Positions 27,123 to 41,000 of a stretch of 64,000 nt of DNA are shown here, piece by piece. Under the pieces are notes generated by a model. The model was not told the origin of the DNA. It worked only from the letters and a program-made list of their open reading frames with translations, and searched no databases. This DNA is from Mytilus edulis (lineage: Eukaryota). The translations under genes were made by a program, and so were the position numbers. Every line of letters starts with the position of its first letter. The stretch's first letter is position 1. The stretch spans positions 31,558,001 to 31,622,000 of the forward strand of contig NC_092344.1 in the NCBI RefSeq assembly GCF_963676685.1, given 5' to 3'.

Positions 27123-30100
27123 ATGGATCTTATGCATCGTTTTTTGTACTCAGCTTTTCTGAATTTGATAATAAGCGGTAAGTTTTGATAAGCACTTAAA
27201 TACTACAAATATTCTACCAAATACCCTGTAGTGAAATTTTCTGATACCGGGTATATATTAAAAAAAATTATGTATTTTTAGGTAAACCTTAATTCTTATT
27301 CGGTTTGATATATACGATTGTTTTTGTCTGTTGGATGAATCTAATTCACTTTACCAACAGTGCCACATGTACGATGTTAAGATAAGTATTGATTTACAAT
27401 TTTTCATGTGAAGAACTTATACTAAAAATTGAAATTAACTTTGTAAATTCCATGCATTCGAAGCGCTTTTCTGACCTACATCAGGAACGCTCAAGCCGAA
27501 TATTTGAAAGCCAATGATGAAGGACCAAAATATGATAGCCAACTCCATCTCAGCTCAACGAATCATGAGGGATTTCTTAATAACTTCTGAATTTATAAAT
27601 AGACATTTTAAGAAAAGTTTGTTATAAATTGTGTCAGTAACGAAATACTGACTTCTGAGCTGATCTTACCCTCGAGTTCTGATAGTACAGCAGCAGCGGT
27701 ATCGACCCAGTGCTGTAGAAAATGTTATTAATTTCATGCGTCCGAAGCGCTTTTCTTGATTTACCTTCATCAATAACACTCAAAATATAGTCAATCTTGC
27801 GTAGTTGAAATTTGGCTTCGTAATAATTTCTGAATTTATAAACTCACTATTTAAGAAGCGTTTGTTATAAGTCATATCAGAACTGACAAATAAGCTGATA
27901 ATAACCACCAATAGGTTACCGCCAGTGTCACCCACATTGCATACAACGTCAAAAGTAATATTATTGTGTTATTATGAATAGCAAGGAAAAACTAATTCAA
28001 CACAAACTTTTTCAAAAAATATTTATAACATTTCATAATCAATGAAATGTGAAACATAATTAGACCATACACCACCCAACTTCTACTAGCAATACAGTAC
28101 TGATGATTGTCCCCATTTAGCGTGGTAAATATATGTCTTTTTGATATTAACAAAACCTAAATATGTTATACAGAAACACCACATTACTGTGAATATAAAA
28201 CACATAGATGTGGTATGACTGCCAATGAGTTAACTCTCCACAGGAGACCAAATGACACAGTTAATAACAGCCATAGGTCATCATACGGCCTTTAACAATG
28301 AGCATTGCCCATACCGCATAGTCAGCTATAAAAGGACCTGAAATCACAAATGTAAAAAATCAAAAGAGAAAACTAACGGCCTAATTAATGTACAAAAATG
28401 AACGAATAATTCATTTGTAGTTAAATCGAATAAGCCATTGAAACTGCTTTTCTATGCCAAGTGTTTTATGATTGAAAATATTCATGTAAGAAAATAACCT
28501 AAATTTTTTCATAGATATAAAGCTTTAGTGTGAATCGGGTGGTTTTACATATACACATCTTAATATAGTAATTAGGAAATCGCTACCGAATGTCAACAGT
28601 GATGTAGTTTGTATGGTTTGTTTATCTTGTTAATTAGCTACAGTCCATATACATTAAAATATTCTTTTAAATAAAGTCTTTGTTAAAGGTTATCAATTCA
28701 ACACTGCAGTAAGATCATGGAATATTGTTTCCATCGGATATAACATTGATTGTATTGTTAATAGTTTAACGCATAACTAATCATGCATTGTTAATTATAT
28801 CCAATTATTAATTGTATGAACGTTATATTTTTACATTGCATATTGTCATGTTTTTTCAGTCTGTGTATGATGAATGTACTGATTTAACACCCCGTCGGAG
28901 ATGAACTGATAAAATTCAAGTTTGACAGAACGTTGTTTATTTATAAGTTGAGTTTTGGGTTTGAAATAGCAATCGATAGCTGCGAGTACTCTACGATCGA
29001 TTTTTGGTGTTTTTTTTGTGCCGATCTAATGTGTCAATTCGGTTCTGACTGATTTTCGTTTTACAACTTTGAATACTCGATTTTACGTGCCCTTTAACTT
29101 CGTACTTGATTTGGCTTTCCATACTTTATTTGTTTGACCGCCACTGATGAGTCTTATGTAGGTAACTGCCTCTCAGATTTATAATCTTATATTTTGTTGT
29201 TGTAATATAAACCAGGCAGTTGATTTTGATTTGTGAATATTATTGTTTTACATGTTGTCAAGCTGGTTTCTATTATAGTCTATGATTTGTCCTTGAACCT
29301 ACGAGACCCGCGTTTCCTTTTTCATTGAGAGGCCTTCTTACAAAATCGTGATGAGAGAATTCATTTGCATACATAATTGACTTTTGTGACAAAAAAATGA
29401 CTTTTGTGACACAAAAAGTAATTCAATATTTTTTTGTACCTTTAATATTAATAAGAAATTGACATTTTCCAGTTTGGGAAGCTAATAGTGAATACTGTTA
29501 CTATGTCTACTCCTACTACTATCGTTATTATTACTACGAATGTGAAACAAGTGGGTAAGTAACATTTTCATTTGTGTGCTTATTTTCTATTTCTTTTCTA
29601 TTTATTATAAAAAAAAGTTTAATCTTACACTCATTAATAAAATTGCTAACATTAACTTATGACCGAGCTGCAAAAATGTTATGCAAGTGGACAGGAGAAC
29701 AAAGGGAATTTTTCTTATAATTTGCCTAAATGAAGATTTTACTCTTTCAAACATATTATAAAAAGTATGAGTCACCGTGATATTTTTGAAGCTACAAGTA
29801 GGTGCAAATTTGCACACATTTCCATAGTTTGTTCATAAAAAAAATACATTTTTGTGAATAAAAAGAAATCTTTGAAATTGAATTTTGAAATAAAATTTGA
29901 GAAGATAGGTATTATAATATGCGTGAAGAAAAAAAAATACAAAATGGTGTCACTTGTTTTCTTGCTACAAGTTTAAAATCAAAATTTAACTATTACTCTA
30001 GTAAAACACTTTAATATGAAAAGTATCTCCCCTTAAATGGTTTAGTTGAAAAATTGACTAAAGAACACAAATACATAAATTGCAAATATGTCATAAAATT

Positions 30101-33100
30101 TGCAGATTAAGGCAAAGAACAAGACCGATTATGTACTAATAAACATAATTGCATTAACTTTGACAAACTATACACTCGATGAAAATGCGTCTACAGGTTG
30201 TCGTTTGTCGTTTATTAGTACAAACGATGCATTTATTTTTTCGCAGTAAAATAGAGGTATGTTCTTGCTTCGCATAACTGAAAACAATGTCTAAAATTAC
30301 TCGAGCTTCGGTATTACGCTCCTTTATTTCATTGCTGTTATTTTCAATAAAAAGGCTTTATCGTTACTATCTTCATACATTCATCTGATGAAGACGAAGA
30401 CCTGCCAATGGAATTTAATATGCATAGAGGAGCGATGTCCTCTGTGTTGATAACATCTTCTACGGAGGCTAATTTCCCCGCGTAACAAGTTCAAATACCA
30501 ACAGCATGTGCATGCATTTTTTGACAGTTCAAACAGGGTCAGTAAACACTGATTAAACGATGCAATTGTTTCTTCTTTTGTCACTTTTAACAAACTTTAA
30601 CAAACGGCACACAACGTTTAGCAAACTTTGATAAGAAAGAAATGCACTCTATAGTCAGTAAAAAGGTATATTAATAGGTTGCCACACAAATGATAAAAAA
30701 ACATTCGTTTGTGGACAAGGTCTTTCGGTATATTTAGAATAATTACAAATGATTCACGCTCATCGTTCTTATATTTTTTGAGTAACTCTTTTATTTTCTA
30801 GTGGTACGATAGCTGGTGCTGTAATCGGAGCTATTATCTTTGTAATATTTATTGCTGTCTTTATTGCCGTGTGTAAGAACAAGAATAGAACGAGGGTGAC
30901 AACTATTCATACAGCACCTCATCATGGTGGACCAACTATTATCACACAGCAGCAACAACAGCACGGTAATCTTAGCTAATATAATGTTTAGGTGGATTTC
31001 ATTGTTACTGTTATGATAGTATTGAGACTACTTCGGATCAGTTGCACACATTTTACAGCCATGTGTCTTCCTTTGGAGCCTGCATGTTGTCATTTCTGGC
31101 AACTGTTTTTGTCTTTGGTTTGTTTTATTGTTTTGTTTTGCTTGCTTTGGCAAAATATTTTTCTTGTAGTTTAAATTTTAAAATGACTGTTTTTAAGTAG
31201 CAGCGAGAGAGAGTATAAACTACCTTGAAGAATTCGTTTTTAAGAATTGAGATTGTCCCTTTAGTTTTTTCTGCCTGCTTATTGAACCTTTTATATAAAA
31301 AACTGCTTTCTGTCGTTCTTTAATTTTCAAAATAGCTAGAGGCACTCAAGGGTCTGTGTCGCTCACTTGTATATACTGTTTTTTTTTTAAACAATGTTAA
31401 ATAAGGTTAATTTTAAAATAGTATAAGATACCATAATAATGATTGAGGCCAAGTTTGGTTTACTAGTAATTTGGCCCAGTAGTTAAATTAAAAGCAGGTC
31501 ATCCCATTGTAGTCTAACAATAGTTACTGAAGACCCCTTATCATTATTTAAATTAGTTTTCAAGTTGTGACCATTTGAAAATGTTTTTTTTACAATATTC
31601 CCTTAGACTTTTATAGTAAACCCATATGTTCTATATTAAACCATGGCGGCCACATTAGTTGGATGTTCATCGGATACATTTTTCAATCAAGATACTCTAT
31701 TGAAAATTGTTGCTAAGTTTATTTCTTAATACATGTAGCCCAGTATATTTAGGATATATTCTTCTAACTTTTCAGTCTCGTTGAAATCTCGTACTGGAAT
31801 TAACGATACAAGTGGAAAATATCAATAAATTTAAAAAATGTTATAATCAAACGTAACTCTGTGAAAAAATTGAGTGTTTACAATAAGTAGTTTTGAGTAA
31901 CCAATTTTTCAAATTTTCTAACCAATTAGTCAGTCTTTTTAGTCATTTTTTTTTTAGGAAATAACTGAAGAGTACACGGAATGATTCACACCTACCTGTA
32001 GGTTTTTTTTTAAAGTTAAATTTATTCAGATTGGTCCAAACCATCTTTATTGAAAGTATGATAAAAAGTTTAATTGTGGAACAGTACTATGATTTTTTTT
32101 TCGATAATAGCCCCAACATTGGTAAAACTTGATGCAAATGGGAAAATCATCAAAATTAGGTACTTTCAAATGGCCGTAGCAAAAAAGGAGTGTACTACCA
32201 TATGATTTTTTCTTCGGCAATTATTTTTTTTACACTGATATAAACCCCAAAATCAGGTTAAGAAAAACAGTTCAATTCTAGAAATTTTGGCTCCTCAGAG
32301 GTGTACATGCTTAAGTGGAGAAGATTTTATGTAAAAGATTACAAAATATAAGAAAAATTTACTATGGAGGGCAATAAATTCTAAAGGGGCCAATTGACAA
32401 TTTTGGTATTTTGACTGATTAGTAGATCGTACTTTGTTGATCATAATTGCTGTTTACAGTTTATTTTTTATCTATAATAATATTTAAGATAAAAACCAAA
32501 AACTGCAAAATTTTCCTCAAATTACCAATTCAGGGGTAGCAACCCAACAACGGATTGTCTGATTCGTCAGGGCCGATAGATCTCAACCTTATTATAATTT
32601 TTATCAATGTCAGATTTGCTCTAAATGCTTCAGTTTCAGAGATAAAAGCCGAAACTACATTTAAACCATATCTTCTATTTTAATCCTTGTTGGTTGGCAG
32701 GCAGGATCATCGGGCACATTTTTCAACTAGATACATTGTACCCTAATGATGATTGTAGTTAAGTTAGGTTACAGTAGTAGTTTCAGAGGAAATTATTTTT
32801 GGAAATTACAAAAATGTGCAAAAAATTGTTAAAAATTGGCTATAAAGGGCAATAACTCGAAATTTTTTAGTATGTTGACTAATTTGTAGATCTTACTTTT
32901 CTGAACATTATTGCTGTTCACAGTTTATTTCTATCTATAATAATATTCAAGATTATTGCCAAAAACTGTAAAATGTCCTTAAAATAAACAATTCAAGAGA
33001 AGCAACCCATCAACGTGTTTTCAGATTTGTCTGAAAATTTCAGGGCCGATATATTTCATCCTGATAAACATTTTACAAAACAAAAACACAAAACAACAAG

Positions 33101-33268
33101 TTTTCAATAGATATGTTTCGATATGTCTTTGTTTTTGCAGGTCACCAACCAATGATGTATGGTCAGTATCCACAACCAGGCGGCGTAATGTATAACCAAC
33201 CACCAGCGTATCCTCCACCTCAGGCAAACTATCCACCTCCACAAGGAAATTATCCACCGAAATACTAA
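27123..33268 (+). CDS. CYYR1/Shisa-like single-pass membrane protein, paralog B; join(27123..27177, 29473..29554, 30802..30965, 33141..33268), 142 aa
   Basis: Protein: MDLMHRFLYSAFLNLIISVWEANS-EYCYYVYSYYYRYYYYECETSG-GTIAGAVIGAIIFVIFIAVFIAVC-KNKNRTRV...QQQQQH...QPPAYPPPQANYPPPQGNYPPKY. Canonical splice sites, frame preserved, AATAAA at 33348. Confidence 0.9.
27445..27940 (-). mobile_element. degenerate tandem (~285 bp) copies of a second hammerhead-bearing retrozyme/PLE-type repeat
   Basis: CGAAGCGCTTTTC near 27459 and 27744. The inferred consensus on the minus strand is GCGUUC CUGAUGA..GAAA AGCGCU UC GGACGC, and each copy has core mutations. Confidence 0.55.
31335..33075 (-). mobile_element. 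decayed H2/H5-family HINE in intron 3 of paralog B, interrupted by an unrelated insert at about 31760-32312
   Basis: CTAGAGGCACTCAAGGGTCTGTGTCGCTCAC start and the same internal repeat text as 4741-8131 and 9869-11127. Confidence 0.65.
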
Positions 33269-34381
33269 CAGTTTATCTCCTTCAACAAACTATCAATATA
33301 GATATAAACAGTGTTTAATATATATACACTACTAGTTTTGTATTGTGAATAAACTTATTTTTTCCATATTTGTATTGATATTAAATTCTTACTTTTACCT
33401 ATCTGAGTAACACATATAAAATTTAATAATATTGTTCAATCGGCATCCATTTCTTTAACGAAAAATAAAATCCTGATGATTTGATAAATGTAAAACAAAA
33501 TATAAAAATCTTTGGATTGTAACGACAACTTTAATGATATTTTTACATTTTGTTACCGAAATAATGGCCTTTGGAATGCAATTTTGATATATATTTTGAC
33601 ATACATAGCTTTCGACGAGTAGTTATATATTTCATATTTATCAGATGATATCGGTATGAACACTGGAACATCGCAAAAGGAAACAAAAGAAATTGAAATT
33701 GACGAAAGCACCGCAAACTGTGATAATCGTGTTGAAAATAACTGGTTTCTTTTCGATGGTACCAATTTTCCTGGATACTAGACAATACGTATTATGTGGA
33801 TATTTAATTTCGTTTTTGTGCCAAAGTGTTTATACAAGTATATTTGTACTTTGTTGAGCATTTAAACTTTTGTTTTATCTTAGCCAATGCAATCAACGAA
33901 AATTGGTATTCAACGAATAATAATGAATCCACGGTATATGGTGAACATCTTGTGAAAATATAACTGCATACAGAAAAGTTTGAAAGAGAACGCCTTAATT
34001 ATATTGATAAATCCTTCACTCTTCCATCTAATACCTATTCATTTACGTCCAAATACCAAATATTTCAATGTTTTTTACTTCAGAATATTCAATTAAGAAT
34101 GTATACATGTTAGTCACGAGGTGTACACTCAACGCTCCATTTAAACTATGACAACAATCTTGTAAATATCAGTTGAAAATTGAGGGTTTGACCCATGTTC
34201 TCCAAGATTCAAACCGTATTTAGTTAGTTTACAACATATCTAGTAAAGGACACCGTCAGCAGTAAGTAAATAGTACTTTCTTGTGCAATGATGAAATAGA
34301 AGTATCAGCAGGTACAGTAAATCTGATTTTTTAAATTTCAAGTCTGTATAGTTATCAAAGAAACCAGGGCTATAATTTGGT

Positions 34382-34425
34382 ACGCCAGACGCGCGTTTCG
34401 TCTACACAAGACTCACCAGTGACGC
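34382..34425 (-). ncRNA. hammerhead ribozyme copy with a core substitution (CUGGUGA), probably inactive
   Basis: Same stems as the 25456 copy, but CUGAUGA is changed to CUGGUGA. Confidence 0.7.
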
Positions 34426-35091
34426 TCAGATCGAAATAGTCTAAAGTTGAAGAGCATTATTTGTTTGCGAGGAAATTTAATCTGTATCAGTACATTAATA
34501 TAACCAGATCCTGACTTTTAACTAATTGCGACAGAGTGCTTAATCGGAATACTTGTGCAGACCACTGATGATATTCAACGGAAATTTGCGCTAACCAATT
34601 TTCTTCCATGTATTTCCATTTAGGATGGTCTTCACAAAGAATGTATGATTGACTTGCTTCAAGTATTTCCTCTTATCACAGTCTTTTGAAATAATGCACT
34701 CTTGACTATTCATGATGTCTTTTAATTGTTAAAGGCTTAACAGTATTTGTTTAAGTGTTTCTTGCAGGTTTTGTTTTACCTATTTCTGCTAGTGACGACA
34801 CTGCCCTCTCCTTAAATGCAGAGTGTGCCTTTGTATAATACCAGAACTAGTCAATTTATAAATGGTCCAATTAAGGAAGTTCATCACTGCATGGTATATT
34901 TATATTATGCTTTTTATCCAAATTGTAAAGGACATAACAAAACAAAGAATAATCAACCTTTGTATCATCTGATAGTATCTGACGCAATCTGTATTGAATG
35001 ACAATTTTTAAATTGCAAAGTATATTGTTCAAACACAGTATTCTTGTACAATAAGAATTTGGATCTTTTAAAAGACACTTTAAAAGTAATA

Positions 35092-38000
35092 ATGGATCTG
35101 ATACATCGTTTGTTGTGCTCGGCTTTTCTGAACTTAGTAATAAGCGGTAAGTTTTTATAAACACTGACTCCAAATAATTTATCAATTATCTGAACCAGAA
35201 TACAGACCGGTCGATATTGATTAAAAAAGATTGATTTTAAGGTTTACCTTTTTTTTTAATCCGGTTTTATATATATGATTTGTTTTTGTCTGCTGCTTGA
35301 GTTTTAGTATACATATAATTCACTGAACTAGCAGTGCCATATGCACGATGCTAAGATAATTATTGAGAGATGTGATTTTCACATTTTCTGACGTATATGC
35401 AAAATTTAGTCCTGGTATCTATGATGAGTCTATTTTCAACCACTGGGTCGATGCCACTGCTGGTGGAGATATATTTCCCCGAGGGTATCACAAACCCAGT
35501 AGTCAGCACTTTTTGTGCTGACATGAATTATCATTGATATGGTTACATTTATAAATTAACTGTTTACAAAATTTTGAATTTTTTGAAATAATAAGGCTTT
35601 TCTACCTCAGGCATATATTACCATAGCTGGATTTGGCAAAACGTTTAGAAATTTTGCTCCTCAATGCTCTTCAACTTCATACTTTTTAACTTCTTTGGAT
35701 TCGAGCGTCACTGATGAGTCTTTTGTAGACGAAACGCGCGTCTGGCGTATATACAAAATTTAGTCCTGGTATCTATGATGAGTTTATTTTCATGGTATGA
35801 ATTTATTCTAAAAAATCAAAACAAAACTTCAGAAAATTCCGACAAGCCTTTCTGAATATTATAAGGAATTCCAAAAGTCGAATATTCGAAAGTCAAATTG
35901 AATGATGTTGACGAGCTATATTTGACCAAAAAGGACCTACATATAATAGCAAAATCAACTTCAGCTCAACTTCGCATGAGGCATTTGAAGCTTTAGTTTC
36001 TCAAGTATTGATAGTCTTATGTAGAGGAAACGCGCATCTGGCGTACTAAATTATAATCCTGGTACTTTTAATAACTATTCTGGAGATAAAAATAGACAGT
36101 TCAAGAAAAGTTTGTTATTAATGGTGTCGGTAACAGACTATTAAGCTGATGATACCCTCGGAGACTGATAGTCTACCAGCAGCGGTATCGCCCTAGTGCG
36201 ATGAAAAAGGAGAACAACACTTTATTAATTTCAATTGCCCAAAGCGCTTTTCTGTTTTTTTCTGGTTTTACAACACCAGGAACACTTAAAACCGAATATT
36301 TAATAGTCATGCGTGTACAAGTTGAAACATTAGTTGCGGAAAAAATTCTGAATTTTGTTAAACAATGACTGCTGTATTTTTTCTGTCTATGAAGATAACA
36401 ATAAAAATGTAGTGCACACTGAATAACTCGCGTAGCGGGTTATTTTAAAGTGTGCACCACAATTTTGATGCTATTTCGAATAGACAGAAAAAGGTACAGT
36501 CATTCCTTGTAATTTAATACTAAATTCTAGAAAAACGAAAAAAACGTTGATGACGCCACGGTCACATGCCAAAATTATGTTTATGAGCTGATAGACAAAA
36601 AAGCTGTCAGCCAATAAGAAGACGCGTTACGTCCAAAATTAAATTATAAACGGACAATTGAAGAAAAGTTTGTTATTAATCATGTTAGTACTGACTCCTG
36701 AGCTGATGATACCCCCGAAGACTGATAATCCACTAAGTACTACTGTCAGTGTCATCCACATCGCATACAACGACAAAGTAACATTATTATGTAATTACAA
36801 AAATAATCACATTCGAGTAGTATGTTTATTTATCATTATCTGGCTCTGGTTACTTTTCTGAAGAAACAAAATGACATGTATGCCGCGATAAATGTACGAA
36901 AGAGTCGAAAGATACCAAAGGGACATTCAATCTCATACGTCTTAAATAAACCCAACTGACAACACCAAGGCAAAAATGAAAAAAGACCAAACAGACAACT
37001 GTATTCAAAAAGCAACATAGAAAACTAAAGACTAAGCAAAACGAACCCAACCAAATTCGGGATTGATCTCAAATTCTCTTGAAGAGAAAGTCAATCCGGC
37101 TCCATATCTGGCACCCGTCATGTCGCTTTGCATAATGACAAAATGTAAAAAATGAAATATCTTTTAGTAAAGATAACATGCGTTCTTAATTAGTGTTCCG
37201 ACAAAGTTTTTATTCTATATCAATGTTTGGAAGCGAGGGCTGATGTCATCTTACTTGTGTTACAAAATAGTATTATCTCAAAAAGCTTGGATGGCTTCCG
37301 ATTTTTTTAAAATTTGGTTAGCAACATGCATACAGAAACAGTTATCAAAGGAACCAGGATTATAATTTTAAAAGCCAGACGCGCGTTTCGTCCAAATACG
37401 GCTAAGATAATCTATTCCAGGGATAAGAAAATCCTTAGTTTTTTTTTTTAAATTCAAAGTTTTGTAACAGGAAATTTATAAAAATGACCATATAATTGAT
37501 ATTCATGTCAACACCGAAGTGCTGACTACTGGGCTGGTGATACCCTCTGGGACGAAACGTCCACCAGCAGAGAAAAAAATCGAATTTTGCAATTAATCGT
37601 TATAATTCATACGCAGTTGTGCAAATAAATGATATCGTTAACAATGAGGTTAAAAAGAAGACATCTAACGACGATTTAATATCATATGTCGAAAAGCAAA
37701 CAACAGAAAAATAACAGTCCAAAAACAAATCACAGAAAGGAGTAGGTCCGGTAAGGACCGATTTTGGCCTCAAATTTCAGGTTCATCTGACGAAAGATTT
37801 TGACCACTTGTTAAACACTTAAGTGTCTATTTTATTTGAATTAATTAGTTTATGTGAAAGATTTTAACAGATTTAGTCATTAAAAACGATCCGATTCAAG
37901 CTCAAATATGAAAAATCTACCTAATATGCCGAAAAATGTCACTTTTCAGATGGTTTTTGGTAAAAATGAAAGTGGCCGCATCCGTGTTCATCCTCAACCT

Positions 38001-41000
38001 TTATATATGTTATGTATTATCATGAAATACAACTTACATTTCAATATTAAGGATGAACACGAATGCGGCCACTTTCGTTTTACACGAAAACCTTCTAAAA
38101 TTTAACTAAAATGCTAGAATTATGAGGATTTCAGTAATTTAGCATGACTTAATGGTGCTAGTACTGGATATATGTGCATTGTATTGTCAAAAACAGCCCA
38201 TATTTATGTAGCAGAAGCATTCTACTGTCCAATAAATAACTTAAGGTTTACATTTTAACAATTTTGTAAAACTGCTATATTTTGGGGCCAAAAAGGGGTC
38301 TTACTGAACCTACTCCTTTAAGATGTTACCATTCCCATAAAAAAAACCAGGATGACGTCTGGTGTTTTGGACAGTTACGCAAGATGTAGAACATACGTTT
38401 ATTCATATGAGACACAAATATCATATGAAATTCAACCAAATCATGATGATGTCCCTGAAAGTTTCAAAGGGATGACATCAACCTTACCATAAGGAACCCT
38501 TGAAATTAGTTGGTTTTGCGGTTTGGTTCATTGAACTAAGAGACACATCAAATGCATTTTTTTTCTTTCATTGTACAAAGCAACATGACAGGTGCCAAAT
38601 TTGAAACATGATCTTCTTATCCTTCCAGAACACACGAGGCACCCTCTCCGGTTTTTGGTGGGGTTCTTGTCACTCAGTCTTTATAGTTTTCTATGTTGTG
38701 TTTTTTATATTGTTGTTTGTCTTTATGTCTTTTTCGTTTTTTTGTCACAGTGTTGTCAGTTTATTATAGATTTATAAGTTTGAATGTAAGTTTGGTATCT
38801 TTCGACTCTCTTATACAGTATTCTTTAGGTTATGTTATTGTTCCGTCCCTGAAAACAACTAAATATGAACTGAATATAAATAAATAGATAGAAAAGTCTT
38901 CTTCGAGACAAACTTTTTCAAAAAATTAATAATTAAAAGTTAATGAAATGTAAAACAGCATTCAATCTTAAACCAACCAACTACTGTAAACCAACTTATT
39001 TTCGCGGATACTTTATTTCGCGTTTTACCCTTTGTAAACTATTTCACGGCTATTTAATTTCGCGATTTTCTAATTTCTGTATATAGTTTAATAAGGAAAG
39101 ATCTAAGTTTTACATATTCGCGACGATTAATATTCGCGTTAATTTTCTACTCGCGAAAGTCGCGAAAATTAATCGCTCGCGAAAATAAGTTGGTTTACAG
39201 TACTACTTTTAATACAATACTGACCAGTGTCCCCATTGAACACAGTCAACAGATGCGTTTTTTTTATATTAACAAATCCTAAATATGCTATACAGCTAAC
39301 ACCCTTATACTGTGATAAGTTCATCTATTGTTTTAAAATCGTATAATAAAGAATGAGAAGCTGAAATTTTGGCGCTTACAAACAGGTTAAACCCTGCCAC
39401 ATTCTTTAAGTGTCTTTCCCACGCAAAACACTAGGATTCGTCTTTTCGATGGTTTTTACCTGTAACATTTGTTTTTTTAAGTTCTTTATTGTAGTGTGAA
39501 CCAGGACGTATATGTTTTGTCTCGTGAACACTATTGCTTAACATATTGTAAAACCGGGTTCTGCTATAGCAACAAGCTATGAGTTTGCTCAATGTTAAAT
39601 GCTCTTCGGAAACCTGTTAGGTTTCATATATTAGTCCGCTATAATAATAAAAAAAGAATCTCTCAATCGATTTATGACCTTTGAACAGCGGTATACTACT
39701 ATTGTCTTTATTTTCCATTATTAACACAATATCAGTATATGCATAGCGAAAATTTCAAAAAGCAACAAAAAAGTAACATTGCTTTTATTGCTGTTCTTCA
39801 TCTTAAATTCCCATTGAGGTCTTCAACAAGAAGTATTATGTATCCTCGCTAATTATTTTCAGTTTTTGCCGTATTTTATTCAGCGATTCTACTGATAATT
39901 CACCAAACATTTTGATCAAAACAAAACAACTCTTCGGTTCTTTACTACATTCATTTGAAGAAACTCTGCTATTGTATGAATTTCTCATAATCATAGCTAG
40001 GAGAAAGATATTCGTGCATTCGAAGCGATTTCCAGGAGCTATCTTCAATTTTAACTCTCAAAACCCCAAAAAATTGAAAGCCAAGCATATATGAGACCCG
40101 ACAACTTGATAAAACATATGGCAAAAGGGGACCCATATAAACTAATAAAGTTCATATCAGATCAATTATGCCTGAAGAAATTGAACTGATTGGTTGACTG
40201 GTGTTAAACGCCAATCTCAGTACTATTTGATATTTCTGGAGGTCAGTTTTATTTGTCAGTGGCCAGATTGGCAAATGATAACCACCGATTATAGTGAGGT
40301 AAACTTACAATTCTAGTCAATAAGAATTGGAGTTAAGCTCATGTGGTACATACGAGGTTCGAACTCACAAGTTCAGACAACCTGGTCGCCAAGATAAATA
40401 TTTTATTAGCAATAAATGATATACATTGACCAATCATAGATCAATTTATTTTAATCACTATGTCATGTTCTATTAAAAAGGATTGAAACTAGAAACTAAA
40501 ACAACACGAACTGTATCCTTTCCATACGCTAAATTCTTTTGGTGTAGTTAATAACAGTTACTACAAGTATCGCATTTTATTTATATTTTCATATATAGCT
40601 ATATTGTCATTTATTTTTGACATATTATGCATATGTTTTTGTTTGCATGTATAAAGCCAAAGAAAAAACAAATCTTTTGTAATACCCGAAAATATCTTAT
40701 TCAATAGGAATTTGTTAAAAAACCATTATTGAAATAAAAAATCACAGTCTAGTATTCACAACGTATTTTGTGGTGCTTAATTATTATTATTATTTAATAG
40801 ATGATAGTTTCTTATTCAATATACATTGTTTTGCTGACCTTTAATAATTAACGACCATAATTATGTAAAATGCACAGTCTTTCATTCACATCTAATTTGT
40901 TGTACAATAAAAGTGTTGTATAAAATCACTGTACTAAATACACAATTATGACCCCCCGTACTTTGTATTTCTGATTTCGATAATAAATTATAATAAGCAT

